Below are positions 23,074-24,000 of a DNA stretch of 24,000 bases, piece after piece. Under the pieces are notes generated by a model. It was not told where the DNA came from and ran no database searches. It worked only from the letters and a program-made list of their open reading frames with translations. Both the position numbers and the translations under genes were made by a program. Each line of letters starts with the position of its first letter. Position 1 is the stretch's first letter. The DNA is from Natrinema caseinilyticum. Its GTDB lineage: Archaea > Halobacteriota > Halobacteria > Halobacteriales > Natrialbaceae. Location of the stretch: positions 1,213,369-1,237,368 of the forward strand of contig NZ_CP100445.1 of the NCBI RefSeq assembly GCF_024227435.1, written 5' to 3'.

Positions 23074-23424
23074 TTATGCCGTCCCGACTGCGCGAGGGAC
23101 GTGTTCGGCCAGGAAATCCGTGATCGCATCGCCGCCCTGGAATCCGTCGGCCACTCGGGCGATCTCGTCCCCGTTCTCGAAGAGAATCAACGTCGGCACC
23201 GAGCGAACGTCGAACCGATCGACGAGCCCGATATCGTCACCGGGGTTGACCAGTCCGATCGCGACGTCGGTCGCGCGGGCGACGTTTCCAAGCACCGGTT
23301 CCATCGCCTGGCACATCGCACACCCGCTGGTATAGAACTCGACGAGTGCCACGTCGTGCGTCTCGAGGAAGGCGTCGACACCGTCGCCCGTCTCGAGTCG
23401 GGTCGGTTTGTCGGTCGGGACCAT
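23074..23424 (-). CDS. thioredoxin-fold protein with a CAMC active-site motif
   Basis: This is the C-terminal 116 aa of track ORF 23074..23904, with the start at the ATG at 23424 (MVPTDKPTRLETGDGVDAFLETHDVALVEFYTSGCAMCQAMEPVL...VRSVPTLILFENGDE). It shows the classic thioredoxin layout, including the cis-Pro segment SVPT. The upstream part of the track ORF is Arg-rich shadow. Confidence 0.8.
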   Translation of the reverse strand: MVPTDKPTRLETGDGVDAFLETHDVALVEFYTSGCAMCQAMEPVLGNVARATDVAIGLVNPGDDIGLVDRFDVRSVPTLILFENGDEIARVADGFQGGDAITDFLAEHVPRAVGTA

Positions 23425-23648
23425 ACCGATACGTACGGACCGCTCGCAAAAACCTGTGGCGGACTCGAGGACGGACGGACGGACGTTGCCGACGATCGAA
23501 CAGGCAGTGGGCGATCGACAGCCACCACCCGTGCGATTCATCGTCTCGGGACCGCCGACAGCGGCGTTCTGTCGTGACGTCGTCCGAATGGGTCGTGTGA
23601 ACGAACGACGATGGGTGACTTTACGGCTGGCAATCGTATCCCCGCGCG

Positions 23649-23990
23649 ATGACCCGGCCCGCATCCGACTCCGCGGACGGTGCGCCGACGCGTCGAAAAG
23701 CGACACTGTTCTGTTGGGAATGCGATCACACGAATCCCATCGACGGTGACTGGGTACTGCAGTCACGGCCGACGTTCGTCGCATACGTCTGTCCCGATTG
23801 CGAGACCACGCTCGGAAAGCGGCCACGGCGGAACCCGCCGAACCCGAGCGTCGCGGCTGTGAAACCGGTCGTCGCCTGGCGTGAGGGGGTTCGCGCGTCG
23901 GCAACCGTCTGGCGGGCCAGCGTGGACGCCGGCATCTCGAGTCTGGCCGCCCTGTTCGGGGCGTCCGGACGCACCTATAGTAGTCGTTGA
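23649..23990 (+). CDS. small zinc-finger protein (113 aa)
   Basis: MTRPASDSADGAPTRRKATLFCWECDHTNPIDGDWVLQSRPTFVAYVCPDCETTL..., with CWEC and CPDC pairs forming a zinc ribbon. A TATA-like GACTTTAC ends about 24 nt upstream of the ATG. It is divergent from the thioredoxin gene. Confidence 0.55.
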   Translation: MTRPASDSADGAPTRRKATLFCWECDHTNPIDGDWVLQSRPTFVAYVCPDCETTLGKRPRRNPPNPSVAAVKPVVAWREGVRASATVWRASVDAGISSLAALFGASGRTYSSR

Positions 23991-24000
23991 AAGCCAGTTC

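Overview
High-GC sequence with acidic predicted proteins, a PGF-CTERM sorting signal, a Bat-type HTH_10 regulator, an ISH-type IS5-family transposase remnant, and TATA-like boxes about 27-30 nt upstream of start codons. I read this as a haloarchaeal (class Halobacteria) chromosome segment. All family names come from motif recognition by eye; no searches were run.

Layout:
- 1-689: FAH-family hydrolase, cut by the window edge.
- 1782-7881: one tightly packed minus-strand operon for cobalamin nucleotide-loop assembly and cobinamide salvage (HAD hydrolase, cbiB, cobS, cobY, cobT, cobD, cbiZ), with overlapping stop and start codons.
- 8016-9217: an aIF2-beta/TRAM fusion and a small acidic protein.
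- 9218-10002: a GC-rich stretch with no convincing gene.
- 10093-11079: a PGF-CTERM secreted protein, preceded by an in-frame 28-codon leader ORF.
- 11222-12672: a decayed IS5-family element with intact inverted repeats and a 7-bp target duplication.
- 12777-14055: small zinc-finger and wHTH proteins, plus a 110-bp concentric palindrome.
- 14289-17735: an 1148-aa wHTH-4xPAS-2xGAF-HTH_10 regulator.
- 17924-18832: two small proteins.
- 18838-22910: a two-gene operon pairing a DEAH/DUF1998 (MrfA-like) helicase with a YprB/MrfB-like exonuclease that carries extra HhH and unknown N-terminal domains. A 20-bp tandem repeat array lies just upstream.
- 23074-23990: a thioredoxin with a CAMC active site and a divergent zinc-finger protein.

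Most worth following up are the archaeal MrfAB-like helicase-nuclease module with its upstream repeat array, the HAD hydrolase that leads the cob operon (a candidate for the missing phosphatase step), the 110-bp palindrome, and the GC-rich gene-less gap. I found no rRNA, tRNA or CRISPR array.
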